DNA of 47,987 nt, taken from a virus. Positions within the stretch are counted from its first letter, which is position 1, and each line of letters opens with the position of its first letter. Both the position numbers and the translations under genes were made by a program. Of this stretch, positions 35,400 to 44,160 are shown one piece after another. The notes below the pieces were generated by a model, which did no database searches, was not told where the DNA came from, and saw only the letters and a program-made list of their open reading frames with translations. The stretch covers positions 1 to 47,987 of IMG/VR virus record IMGVR_UViG_3300038808_000009; one strand, 5' to 3'.

Positions 35400-37200
35400 G
35401 CTTGATGAGGTAGATCCGGGCCGACGCGCTGTCCGGGGCGGATGGGTTCTGGAACGTCGGATACATGACGAACCGGATCTGCTGCCCGACTACGAGCCGC
35501 CGAATGTTAATGTTCTGGAAGGTGTACCGAGTAACGCTCGGCCGCCAGTCCCACTTGAAGTAGTTTCCGTCTTGCTCGGCCACGTCCAGACCGAACCCGA
35601 ACTCGAACGACCCGCTACTGTCCCGCCAACGCAGCGCCGCAGCGCAGTAGTATAGCCCGGTCTCCGGGACGTTATACCAGAAGTTCGTGCTGTCCCATAG
35701 GTTCTCGGTGTCCGAGACCTTAGTGCCCATACCGAGCTTGTAGAACCCGTTAACTGGATTGACCCAACCGGCACCATTCCCGGAGATGTCGACGAAGTGC
35801 GCGCCCGGCAGGCCGGCGCCGAAGAACTTTACCATCTTCTGTCGGTTGAGCCGGCCCTGCGCGCGGTTGCCACCTGCGAGGCTGTAGTCGGACAGGACCG
35901 CGCCGAGGTCGGTCCCATCGACCGACGACTTCATGATCGCTTCGGCGTTGCCGTCCGCGTTCGTGTCGGAGCCCCAGCCGAACGAGACGGTGTTACCGCC
36001 CTGGCCGGGCCCGGTGCCCTGCTGGACGGGCGTGAAGCCGTAGGAGCCCGCCGGCCCCGTGGCGCCGGTATCGCCCTTCGGGCCCTGGGCGCCCGTGTCG
36101 CCCTTGTCCCCCTTCACGCCCTGAATGCCCTGGATACCCTGGGCGCCCGTGTCGCCCTTGGCGCCGGCCGCCCCCGTGTCGCCCTTGACGCCCTGGATAC
36201 CCTGATCGCCCTTCGGCCCCTGGATACCCTGGGCGCCGGCCGCGCCCGTGTCGCCCTTCGGCCCCTGGATACCCTGGATACCCTGGGCGCCGGCCGCGCC
36301 CGTGTCGCCCTTGGGGCCCTGAATGCCCGGGTCGCCCTGATCGCCCTTGGCGCCGGCCGCGCCCGTGTCGCCCTTCGCGCCGGCAGGCCCGGCCGGGCCC
36401 TGAATGCCCTGCGGCCCGCGGATCTGGCCGACGTTGACGAACCCGTTGGCCGGACCGGCATAGGCGTAGCCGTCACCCGCGTTGAAGCCGGCGCCCGAGG
36501 TCGTGACGATGTAGGTGTCCCCGGCCGTGTTGCCGGCCGCCGGGAGGTCGGCAGGAGTGGGCACGCTCCCCTTGATGACGACGCCGGCACCCTGCGGCCC
36601 CTGCGGGCCCTGATCGCCGGTATCGCCCTTGTCGCCCTTGGCGCCGGGCGCGCCTTGGGCGCCCGTGTCGCCCTTGACGCCCTGGATCCCCTGATCGCCC
36701 TTGGCGCCGGTCACGCCCTGGATCCCCTGATCGCCCTTGGCGCCGGTCGCGCCCGTGTCGCCCTTGTCGCCCTTGGGCCCCTGGAGCCCGGTATCGCCCT
36801 TGGCGCCCTGCGGCCCCGTATCGCCCTGCGCGCCGCGCGAGCCGGTGTTCCCCTGCGGGCCCACATCCCCCTTCGGCCCCTGGGCGCCAGGATCGCCCTT
36901 GTCGCCCTTCGCGCCCGTCGAGCCGGTATTGCCTCGATCCCCTTTGTCGCCCTTGGGCCCCTGGACGCCCTGATCGCCCTTGTCCCCCTTGTCGCCCTTC
37001 TGACCCTTGAGCGTCGCGAGCCATTCGACGACCGAGCCTGCGAACCCCTGCTGGACCGCGAGGTCATAGGCGGACACCGCCATGTCGAACACGGCCTGCG
37101 CCAGGGCGTCGAGTTCCTTATCGACCTCCTGGCCGGGGAGCGGCCGGTTCGGATTGTTGGCCTGGAAGCCGGAGAAGCTGTATTCGCGCCTGTACGCCAT
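35389..37200 (-). CDS. collagen-like (Gly-X-Y) tail fibre with a C1q/TNF-like globular C-terminal domain (putative)
   Basis: Two long GXY tracts (GDKGDKGDQGVQGPKGDKGDRG... and GPQGIQGPAGPAGAKGDTG...). N-terminus shares F-x-F...PG..LD..LD with the fibre at 2919. C-terminus ...PETGLYYCAAALRW...IRFVMY. Confidence 0.85.
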   Translation of the reverse strand: MAYRREYSFSGFQANNPNRPLPGQEVDKELDALAQAVFDMAVSAYDLAVQQGFAGSVVEWLATLKGQKGDKGDKGDQGVQGPKGDKGDRGNTGSTGAKGDKGDPGAQGPKGDVGPQGNTGSRGAQGDTGPQGAKGDTGLQGPKGDKGDTGATGAKGDQGIQGVTGAKGDQGIQGVKGDTGAQGAPGAKGDKGDTGDQGPQGPQGAGVVIKGSVPTPADLPAAGNTAGDTYIVTTSGAGFNAGDGYAYAGPANGFVNVGQIRGPQGIQGPAGPAGAKGDTGAAGAKGDQGDPGIQGPKGDTGAAGAQGIQGIQGPKGDTGAAGAQGIQGPKGDQGIQGVKGDTGAAGAKGDTGAQGIQGIQGVKGDKGDTGAQGPKGDTGATGPAGSYGFTPVQQGTGPGQGGNTVSFGWGSDTNADGNAEAIMKSSVDGTDLGAVLSDYSLAGGNRAQGRLNRQKMVKFFGAGLPGAHFVDISGNGAGWVNPVNGFYKLGMGTKVSDTENLWDSTNFWYNVPETGLYYCAAALRWRDSSGSFEFGFGLDVAEQDGNYFKWDWRPSVTRYTFQNINIRRLVVGQQIRFVMYPTFQNPSAPDSASARIYLIKPMA

Positions 37201-37284
37201 GGCGACCTCGCAAGAGAAAGGGCCCGCCGGTCGCCCGGCGAGCCCTCCCTATAGCCTACCGCCCCGAGGGGCGACAGACCCGCC

Positions 37285-38868
37285 TTAGATCGCGATGTTG
37301 CCGCCGCCGTCCGTGACCGCACCGGCCAGGATCAGGCCGCCGCCCGTCTTGCGGACGTGGTGGGCCATGACGCCGCCGCCACCGCCCGCGTTGAACACCG
37401 CGGCAGAACCGGCCGCGAAGCCCATGCAGTCGATATCGTGAGCGTTGACGATCGTAGTCCCGGCAGCAGCCGCGACGCCGAAGATGCCCGCGCCAGTATC
37501 CGGGCCGTAAGCCTGCGCCAGGTGGATCATCTCGATATCGTGGACGTCGATCTGGGTGCTTCCGTTTAGCAGGACGAAGCCTTGCTTGAACGGCGAGCCC
37601 GCGTCGATATACATCTCGATATCGGAGATGCGGAACTGCGCGATGCTGTCCAACTGGACCGCGACCTTCGCGCAGTTGATGTGGCCGCCCTTGAGCGAGT
37701 GGCCGGGGCACTGGTAGCCGGACGCCGAGTAGCGAAGGCCGGTCTGGACGCCGTAGGCGACGAGATCGGTGACGGAGATGCCCTCGATCTGCTGATTGCC
37801 GCCGACGCCGTTGCCGCCCTCGATCACGATGCCCGTGTCCACGCCCGCCACGGTCACGCCGTAGACCGAACTATCGCCGACCGAAGCCTGGATCGCCTGA
37901 TGTTCCGAGAAGATCAGGATGCCAGTGCCCTTGGTGCCGAAGCTCTCGTTCGAGTAAGACACGACGTCCACGCCGTTGATCCGGCCGTGCTGACCGTTCT
38001 GGTAGGCGAGGAAGTTCTGCGGCCGAGCGTCGGGACGCCCCTCGAACGACACATCCGTGACGAACAACTTGCCGGGCGATGCCGGGTTGCTGTTGCCGCG
38101 CATGTAGATCACGGACCCGTCGCCGATATCCGGGCACGCCGAGACGATCGCCCGGAAGCCCTCGATCTTGGACGCGAACATGTTGAGGATCAGACCGTTG
38201 TGGATCCCCGCGCCGGACCAAATCAGACGGCTCTCGGTATCGGCGCCGTACATCTTGATCGCCGCCGTGGTGCTCTCGAACTGGAGCGTCTCGTTGAGGT
38301 TGAACGACCCGCCCGGGAGGACGAAGGCGCCACCGCCGGCATTGATGAGGTCAGCACCGGCCGCCCGGAACGCCGCGACGTTCTGCGCGGGCGCAGCGTT
38401 CTCGTCGGCGCCGTAGTCGCGCGGGTTGAACTTCCGCTCGCGGAAGTTGATCGCCTTGGAGATCGCAACCTCGTCGAAACCGCCCGTGCCGCCGCCCGTG
38501 CCGGGATCGCCCTTGTCGCCCTTCGGACCGGGAGGACCCTGCGGACCGGGAACGCCCTGCGGGCCGGGGGTGCCAGCGCCACCGCTGCCGGGAAGCGGAT
38601 GCGCCGCGGACGGGATGCGATCCCAGGCGTACCAGTTGCCGTCCTGGCGCAGACGACGCCAGGAGAGCGGGAGGTCGTTCGTGGGGTTGAGTTCGGTCGC
38701 GACCTGCATGACGAAGGTCGGGCCGTAGCCCCAGGTCTCGACGTCCACGTAGAGCCACTGCGTGCGGGCGCCGGGCGGATGATTACCGGCGTCCGGGACG
38801 ACGTACTGCCCGGTGTCCGTGACGCCGTTCAAGTCCGTAAACTGCGGGAGTGTTTGGTTCGTGGGCAT
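37285..38868 (-). CDS. tailspike/depolymerase with pectate-lyase-type beta-helix and a short collagen-like segment
   Basis: FNPRDYGADENAAPAQNVAAFRAAGADLINAGGGAFVLPGGSF (Pectate_lyase_3-like entry motif). GTPGPQGVPGPQGPPGPKGDKGDPG. Start set at ATG 38868. Confidence 0.72.
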   Translation of the reverse strand: MPTNQTLPQFTDLNGVTDTGQYVVPDAGNHPPGARTQWLYVDVETWGYGPTFVMQVATELNPTNDLPLSWRRLRQDGNWYAWDRIPSAAHPLPGSGGAGTPGPQGVPGPQGPPGPKGDKGDPGTGGGTGGFDEVAISKAINFRERKFNPRDYGADENAAPAQNVAAFRAAGADLINAGGGAFVLPGGSFNLNETLQFESTTAAIKMYGADTESRLIWSGAGIHNGLILNMFASKIEGFRAIVSACPDIGDGSVIYMRGNSNPASPGKLFVTDVSFEGRPDARPQNFLAYQNGQHGRINGVDVVSYSNESFGTKGTGILIFSEHQAIQASVGDSSVYGVTVAGVDTGIVIEGGNGVGGNQQIEGISVTDLVAYGVQTGLRYSASGYQCPGHSLKGGHINCAKVAVQLDSIAQFRISDIEMYIDAGSPFKQGFVLLNGSTQIDVHDIEMIHLAQAYGPDTGAGIFGVAAAAGTTIVNAHDIDCMGFAAGSAAVFNAGGGGGVMAHHVRKTGGGLILAGAVTDGGGNIAI

Positions 38869-39000
38869 GTTGCACTTTCGGTTACTGTGAACCGCGCGCA
38901 ACATCTGCCGTGAACATTGCCGGCTAAAGCGGGCAAGGGGACGCGGCGATGCTGTGGCGGCCCGATGACCCTGGCATGATCCGAGTGGGCACGCAAGGGC

Positions 39001-39029
39001 TTGACGGCCTGTTCATCGGTGTGCATATT
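39001..39029 (+). promoter_or_regulatory. sigma-70-like promoter of the RHH/primase operon
   Basis: TTGACG (39001..39006), 17 nt, CATATT (39024..39029). Extended -35 CTTGACGGCC is shared with the promoter at 47057. Confidence 0.5.
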
Positions 39030-39065
39030 GGCGCCGTTACCAACCGTACCGACTAGGAGACCGAC

Positions 39066-39257
39066 ATGGCTGCCCCCAAGGCCCGACAGGCGAAAGCCAA
39101 GACCGGCGCCTCGACCCTCACCCGCGCCTCGATCCACATGGACGCCGCGCTCCTGAAAAAGCTCGACGGCCTCGCCGACCTGGAGGGCCTGTCGCGCTCC
39201 GCGGTCATCACGCGCTTCGTCAAGGCGGGGCTCCAGGCCGCGGGCAAGACGAAGTGA
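39066..39257 (+). CDS. ribbon-helix-helix (CopG/Arc/MetJ-type) DNA-binding protein
   Basis: TRASIHMDAALLKKLDGLADLEGLSRSAVITRFVKAGL fits a beta-alpha-alpha RHH. TAGGAGA RBS. Confidence 0.72.
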   Translation: MAAPKARQAKAKTGASTLTRASIHMDAALLKKLDGLADLEGLSRSAVITRFVKAGLQAAGKTK

Positions 39258-39448
39258 CCGGCGCGTTCGAACACTTCGTCGGCGCCGTCCTGATGGCCGC
39301 GCTCGCTATCGCCGCTTGCCGTGAAGGCGAGGCCAACCTAAAGCATTACGTCGACCACGCAGGTATTCGCTACCTGTTCAGCGGTTGGGGGTATTGGCTT
39401 CTCGGTATCCTGATCGGTTATCTCGCACTCAAGATCCTGGTGACATGA
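39254..39448 (+). CDS. small membrane protein (64 aa, two TM segments)
   Basis: FVGAVLMAALAIAA and YWLLGILIGYLALKILV. GTGA and ATGA junctions with its neighbours. Confidence 0.5.
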   Translation: MTGAFEHFVGAVLMAALAIAACREGEANLKHYVDHAGIRYLFSGWGYWLLGILIGYLALKILVT

Positions 39449-39807
39449 TGGCACTACAGCCCCGATCCCTCGACGAGGCGCGGATCATGTATCCGGCGCT
39501 CCAGTTCTACATCACTGCCCAGGACGCGGGCGGCGAAGTCACGCTCGAACTGATCGAGCCCAACACCGACGACGACCCGGAGACGGCCGGGCAGTCCTAC
39601 TCGTGCTCGGCGCCGACCGAGCGCGAGTGCTGGGAGAAGGCGTTCCCGCCCGTCGACCTGGAGAGCGTTCCGGAGGCCGAGCGGTTCGCCAGCGCCGAAG
39701 GCACGCGAGCCCATGCCGAGGCCGCGGTCTCGTTCCCCGAGCCTGACGAAGTGCCGGCCGACGAGCCGCCACTGGAGGACCCGGCCGTGCCGGGCCTGTT
39801 CGACTGA
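39445..39807 (+). CDS. acidic hypothetical protein ending in GLFD
   Basis: ATG 39445 overlaps the upstream stop. C-terminus ...EPPLEDPAVPGLFD. Confidence 0.6.
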   Translation: MMALQPRSLDEARIMYPALQFYITAQDAGGEVTLELIEPNTDDDPETAGQSYSCSAPTERECWEKAFPPVDLESVPEAERFASAEGTRAHAEAAVSFPEPDEVPADEPPLEDPAVPGLFD

Positions 39808-40346
39808 TGGAGACCTTCGACACGCACGAACTGGCATGGTGCGCCGGGTTCTTCGACGGCGAGGGCTCGACGTGCCTACAGCGCAAGGGCGGCTGGCGCG
39901 AGCTATGGGTCCAAGTGCCTCAGTCCGAGCTATCGACGCTCGAACGCTTCCAGCGCGCAGTCGGCGGTCGTGGCAAGATCGGCGGCCCCTGGCAACCGAA
40001 GTACGCCGGCAGTAAGCCGACGTATAGACTAGACTTCCGAGGCTACCGCGAGGCGCAGTTCGTCCTCGCTCTGCTGTGGCGGTTCCTGTCCGAGCCGAAG
40101 CGCCAGCAAGCCACGGTGTGCCTCGTCGAGGCCGCCGCCTACTTCAAAGAACGAGCCGCCTACGCGCGCAAGGGCCCTTCCAAGCTCACGCTCGCGCAGG
40201 CCGCAGAGATCCGCGCGGCGCGAGATCAGGCCAGGATCGGCCGACAGCGCGTTCCGCGGAATTGGGTCGTTCAGGTTGCCGACCTGTACGGCGTTTCCAC
40301 TCACTGCATCGCCACGGTGCTATCAGGTAGAGGCCACATCCAATGA
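39807..40346 (+). CDS. LAGLIDADG-type homing endonuclease with C-terminal HTH
   Basis: ELAWCAGFFDGEGST motif. C-terminus VQVADLYGVSTHCIATVLSG. TGATG junction with the upstream gene. Confidence 0.72.
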   Translation: METFDTHELAWCAGFFDGEGSTCLQRKGGWRELWVQVPQSELSTLERFQRAVGGRGKIGGPWQPKYAGSKPTYRLDFRGYREAQFVLALLWRFLSEPKRQQATVCLVEAAAYFKERAAYARKGPSKLTLAQAAEIRAARDQARIGRQRVPRNWVVQVADLYGVSTHCIATVLSGRGHIQ

Positions 40347-41158
40347 CCGATAAGACGTTCCGTCCGACACTTCTTTGTGACTTTGACGGAGTAATCAATT
40401 CGTACTCGTCCGGCTGGCAGGGTATCGCCAACTTGCCGGACCCGCCCGTGCCGGGCGCCGCCGCGTTCCTCATCAACGCGTCCAAGTATTTCGACGTGGC
40501 GGTCTACTCCTCCCGCAGCCGCGATCCGGCCGCTATCGAGGCGATGCGCGAGTACATCCGCGTCGCGATCTACCAAGAGTTCTCCGAAGAACTGAAAGAG
40601 GAGACCGCGAGCGGCCTGTCCTACGAACTGATCGAGCAGTTCGACTTCCCGACCGAGAAGCCGGCCGCGTTCCTGACGCTCGACGACCGTTGCCTCACCT
40701 TCACCGGCACGTTCCCCGATCCGAAGGCGCTCCGGGAGTTCAGGCCGTGGAACAAGGTCTCGGACGCGGACCGGAAGATCGAGCGCGATCAGACGATCCT
40801 CCTGCTCGGGGACACGCCGGTCGGGAACGACGCCATGGACGACACGCCGATCAGCCTGCGCAACATCCTCGACGCCGGGTTCAAGAGCTTCGGTTGGGAG
40901 AACCCGAGCACCGTGACGGACGAGGCAATCGGCCGGCTGATCGACGAGCTTCCGCACGAGATGCGGGCACGCGCGGCCTTCATCCTGGGCGAGACGGTCT
41001 CGAACATCATCGCCGACGAGAAGGAACTGATCCGGCAGGCCGAAGCCCTGCCCGATCCACAACGCTCGCTCCTGTCGTCGAGCGAGCGCGAGAGCATCGC
41101 CCTGGCGAAGCGGCTGGCCCGAGCCCTGGGCGGTCGCTACGTCGGCAACCGGCGGTAA
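40343..41158 (+). CDS. HAD-superfamily phosphatase-like protein with an extra C-terminal domain
   Basis: Motif I LLCDFDGVINSY, motif II VAVYSSRS, motif III/IV KPAAFLTLDDRCL. Confidence 0.68.
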   Translation: MTDKTFRPTLLCDFDGVINSYSSGWQGIANLPDPPVPGAAAFLINASKYFDVAVYSSRSRDPAAIEAMREYIRVAIYQEFSEELKEETASGLSYELIEQFDFPTEKPAAFLTLDDRCLTFTGTFPDPKALREFRPWNKVSDADRKIERDQTILLLGDTPVGNDAMDDTPISLRNILDAGFKSFGWENPSTVTDEAIGRLIDELPHEMRARAAFILGETVSNIIADEKELIRQAEALPDPQRSLLSSSERESIALAKRLARALGGRYVGNRR

Positions 41159-41239
41159 TCAGTCCCGCTTGCACGACAGCCGGCGGCCTGTATAGGGTCG
41201 CCGGCTCATCCACGTTCACCGCCACAACCGGAGATCATC

Positions 41240-41476
41240 GTGTTGCATCGTAAGCTCACGCCCGCAGAAGTTGCGGAAGCTCGTGCTCTGCTGATCGCAG
41301 ACATTATCATCACCACTAAGATGCCGGGAACTTCGTCTCTCGCAACAATTCTGCGGACGCGATACCACTTTCTCGCACAGAAGATCTGGCCGGACGCTAA
41401 AGCGCGAGACTACGACACGCAGACGAAGCGGGCTATACTCGATCTAGCCCGTAAAATTGTCGCCGCGGGTCTGTGA
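41240..41476 (+). CDS. hypothetical protein (78 aa), low-GC islet
   Basis: GTG start with GGAGA RBS. GTGA overlap with the primase gene. Confidence 0.5.
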   Translation: MLHRKLTPAEVAEARALLIADIIITTKMPGTSSLATILRTRYHFLAQKIWPDAKARDYDTQTKRAILDLARKIVAAGL

Positions 41477-43821
41477 TCGTGAATGCTCACCCGAACCTCC
41501 CGAACGTCGCCAAGGCAATAGAACTGCTCAAGGCGCTCGACGAGCACGGACGGCACAACGTAGTCGCGCTCGATCCGAACGAACAACAGGGCCCCATAGG
41601 TCGGACATTTGAGCCCGGCCAGTGGGACGCTATCGCTGATTGGCTACGTGCCCATCTCGACTACAACCTGTACTTCTCGCGCAACGAACCGCGGGAAGGC
41701 GCCCCGCACGGCAAGCTGTCCGAGGCCGATATCGTCGCGGTCCGCGCGCTCGGGATCGACCTGGACATAGCCGGCGGCACGCCCGAGGAGATCGAGGCGC
41801 AGCGCGTCGAGCTTCACGATACCGTTGAGCGGATCGTCAACGGCCGCGCGCCGCCCACGGTCATGATCGAGACCGGCAACGGCGCGCAGGGCTTGTGGCT
41901 GCTGCCCGAGAAGGTCGCGGTGGACAAAGTGTCCGGGCCGAACGCCAAGGCGCTCGGGCTCGGAATGCGCAAGGCGATGGGCGGCGACAGCATCGCCAAC
42001 CTCGACCGCATCATGCGCCTGCCCGGCCTGATGAACCATTCGAGCGTGAAGAAACGCGCGCTCGGCAAGACGGGCGGGATGACCAAAGTCATCTACGCTG
42101 ATCGCCGGCAGGCGAACAAGGCGGTGCGGCTCGATATCGACGCGCTCGGGGCGGTCTACGGCTTCATCTCGTCGGCCGAGATCACGGATAGCGCCGTCGC
42201 GGCCGTGGCGGACCAGATCGACCTCGCCCAGGCCCGGGAAGGCGTGAGCGCGGAGCTACAGGCCCGGCTCGACGCGGCGCCCATCGTCAAGGGCGTGCTC
42301 TCGGGCGAGACGCCGCCCCGGGACACGTCGGGCTCGGGCTGGCGGGCGGCGCTCGCCGGGAACATGGCGCGGGCGGGCTTCACGCTCCAGGACTACGCGG
42401 CGACGGTGCTCGGTTGGGAGCCCGGCCAGCCGAAGCAAGGCGACCTCGACCTCCGCACCCTGGCGCGGGATTGGGCTCGCGTCGGCGAGACGGCCGCCAC
42501 GGCGGCTGCGGCCGAGACGCACCTGTCCGAGGTTTCGGAAGCGGATATCGACGTTTCGGCCTGGAACGAACAGCGCGTGAAGCAACGCGAGGACGAGATC
42601 GAGGCGAAGCTGGAGGCCAAGACAGATATCGTCTGGGAAGACCCGGCCGACTGGAAAGACGTGGAGATCCCCGAGCGGGTGTTCTACGTCGACAGCCTCG
42701 TCCCGCAGGGCGGCTCTACTCTCGTCACCGGCATCGGCGGCGTCGGCAAGTCGAACCTCGTGCTCCAGATGCTCGTCTGCATCGCGCTCGGGCGCCCGTT
42801 CCTGGGTCTCGCGACGCGGCAGGCCAAGGTCTGCGCGTTCTTCTGCGAGGACGACCGGAACGAGATCGGCCGGCGCCTCCAGCGGGTGTGCGCGGATCTC
42901 GATATCGACCTGGAAGATCTGCGCGGCCGGATGATCTGGACGAGCCGCATCGGCGAACTCAACACCCTGGCCGAGTTCGAGGCGAAGAACGGCGGCGCCA
43001 TGCGGCTGTCGAAGCTCCACGGCAAGCTGCTCAAGGCGGCCGTGGACTTCGGCGCCGAGGTCGTGGCGCTCGACACTATCGCCGACGTGTTCAGCGGGAA
43101 CGAGATCGACCGGCAACAGGTCTCGGCGTTCGTGAAGCGGTGCGCCGGCTCGTTCGTGGATCGCTGCGGCGCGTGCATCCTGCTCGGCCACCCGTCCAAG
43201 TCGGGCTCGGCCGAAGGCGGCGACATGACCTCCGGCTCGACGGCCTGGAAGGGCTCGGTCCGGTCGCATCTGGCGCTCGGCTACGATGGTGACGACGAGG
43301 ACGCCCAGAAGTCCCCGTTCCGCAAGCTCTCGAACCTCAAGGCCAACTATGCCGGCACGCTCGGCGCCATGAAGCTCCTGTTCTCGGGCCGGGCCTTCTC
43401 GGTGTTCTCGGTCGCCAAGGCCCCGAACAGTGACGCGCCGACCCTCGCGACCCCGCGCGTGCCCATTACCTCGACGGTGCTGGAGGGCGCTATCGCAGAG
43501 GCCGTGGCGCGGGCCGATATCGACGGCGTGATCCTGGCCGCAGCGGCGCAGAGCCCGCACTACATCGTGTCGGCGCTCAAGGCTCGCGAGAAGGATGCGC
43601 TGCGCCCGTTCAAGGCCGCAGAGGTCGCCGCGGCTGTCAAGGCCATGGTACTCGCCGGGACGCTGATCGAGGTCTCGGCCAAGTCGGCGAGGCGGCATCC
43701 GATCAAGGCGTATGCGCTGCGGCCGGTGTCGGACGAGGCGGCTGCTCGGTTCTTTACGGCAGAGGAGGACCACTCGGACAGTTTGTCCGACGGGGAGAAT
43801 GAGCCGGGCCTGTTCGACTGA
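41473..43821 (+). CDS. bifunctional primase-polymerase (AEP) and RecA-fold (AAA_25/RepA-like) helicase, ending in GLFD
   Basis: AEP motifs LGIDLDI and IETGNGAQGLWLL. Walker A GIGGVGKSNL and Walker B VVALDTIADV. C-terminus DGENEPGLFD. Confidence 0.87.
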   Translation: MIVNAHPNLPNVAKAIELLKALDEHGRHNVVALDPNEQQGPIGRTFEPGQWDAIADWLRAHLDYNLYFSRNEPREGAPHGKLSEADIVAVRALGIDLDIAGGTPEEIEAQRVELHDTVERIVNGRAPPTVMIETGNGAQGLWLLPEKVAVDKVSGPNAKALGLGMRKAMGGDSIANLDRIMRLPGLMNHSSVKKRALGKTGGMTKVIYADRRQANKAVRLDIDALGAVYGFISSAEITDSAVAAVADQIDLAQAREGVSAELQARLDAAPIVKGVLSGETPPRDTSGSGWRAALAGNMARAGFTLQDYAATVLGWEPGQPKQGDLDLRTLARDWARVGETAATAAAAETHLSEVSEADIDVSAWNEQRVKQREDEIEAKLEAKTDIVWEDPADWKDVEIPERVFYVDSLVPQGGSTLVTGIGGVGKSNLVLQMLVCIALGRPFLGLATRQAKVCAFFCEDDRNEIGRRLQRVCADLDIDLEDLRGRMIWTSRIGELNTLAEFEAKNGGAMRLSKLHGKLLKAAVDFGAEVVALDTIADVFSGNEIDRQQVSAFVKRCAGSFVDRCGACILLGHPSKSGSAEGGDMTSGSTAWKGSVRSHLALGYDGDDEDAQKSPFRKLSNLKANYAGTLGAMKLLFSGRAFSVFSVAKAPNSDAPTLATPRVPITSTVLEGAIAEAVARADIDGVILAAAAQSPHYIVSALKAREKDALRPFKAAEVAAAVKAMVLAGTLIEVSAKSARRHPIKAYALRPVSDEAAARFFTAEEDHSDSLSDGENEPGLFD
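41922..41934. repeat. perfect GGACA-N3-TGTCC palindrome (GGACAAAGTGTCC)
   Basis: Read directly; codons V-D-K-V-S. Confidence 0.9.
43776..43788. repeat. perfect GGACA-N3-TGTCC palindrome (GGACAGTTTGTCC)
   Basis: Read directly; codons S-D-S-L-S, 31 nt before the primase stop. Confidence 0.9.
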
Positions 43822-44160
43822 TACGGTGCCGCTACGGTGTGCGCGGTTCTCTGCGCGCTTCTCGGATGGGGTGCGCGGTTCTCCGCTAAGTGCTTGAAAT
43901 CATTTGCGCGGTTCTCGTGCGCGGTTCTCGCTCAGTTGTGCGCTACGGCGCCGCGCGGTTCTTGCGCGGTTCTAGTATCAACCCCCGGCTACCATTACGT
44001 TTTTCGGTTGCGCGGTTCTCGGTGCGCGGTTGCGCGGTTCTACCCCTATATCCTAAAGGATATATCCGGGGGCCTGGAGGCGCCCCGTCTAATCCACCGG
44101 AGTATATCCGCTCCGCGGCGGGTCGGCCGGAAATTCCGGACAAAAGTTCCAAAACCTTTT
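43822..44160. other. putative origin of replication (iterons plus A/T-rich palindrome/DUE-like segment)
   Basis: Immediately downstream of the primase-helicase gene. TATATCC-TAAA-GGATATA palindrome at 44047..44064, further TATATCC copies at 44061 and 44103, A/T-rich stretch at 44125..44162. Confidence 0.65.
43840..44041 (+). repeat. iteron array: about nine same-orientation copies of (T)GCGCGGTTCT(C)
   Basis: GCGCGGTTCT at 43841, 43873, 43906, 43919, 43953, 43964, 44010 and 44032. Truncated copy at 44024, degenerate GCGCGCTTCT at 43853. Spacing is irregular (11-46 bp). Confidence 0.85.

Noticed and set aside
35797-37254. 485-aa plus-strand ORF and several Arg-rich frames over the collagen gene
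   Set aside because: These arise from the Gly-X-Y repeat DNA read in other frames or on the other strand. Only the minus-strand frame gives uninterrupted GXY triplets plus flanking globular domains.
35389-38868. Diversity-generating retroelement acting on the fibre genes
   Set aside because: There is no reverse transcriptase gene and no template/variable repeat pair anywhere in the window.
42256-43773. 505-aa minus-strand ORF antisense to the primase-helicase gene
   Set aside because: Shadow ORF. The plus-strand frame carries AEP and Walker motifs.
43840-44041. Possible CRISPR array, because of the short direct repeats
   Set aside because: The repeats are only 10-12 bp, spacing is irregular (some copies abut each other), and no cas genes are present. 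The pattern fits iterons, not a CRISPR array.
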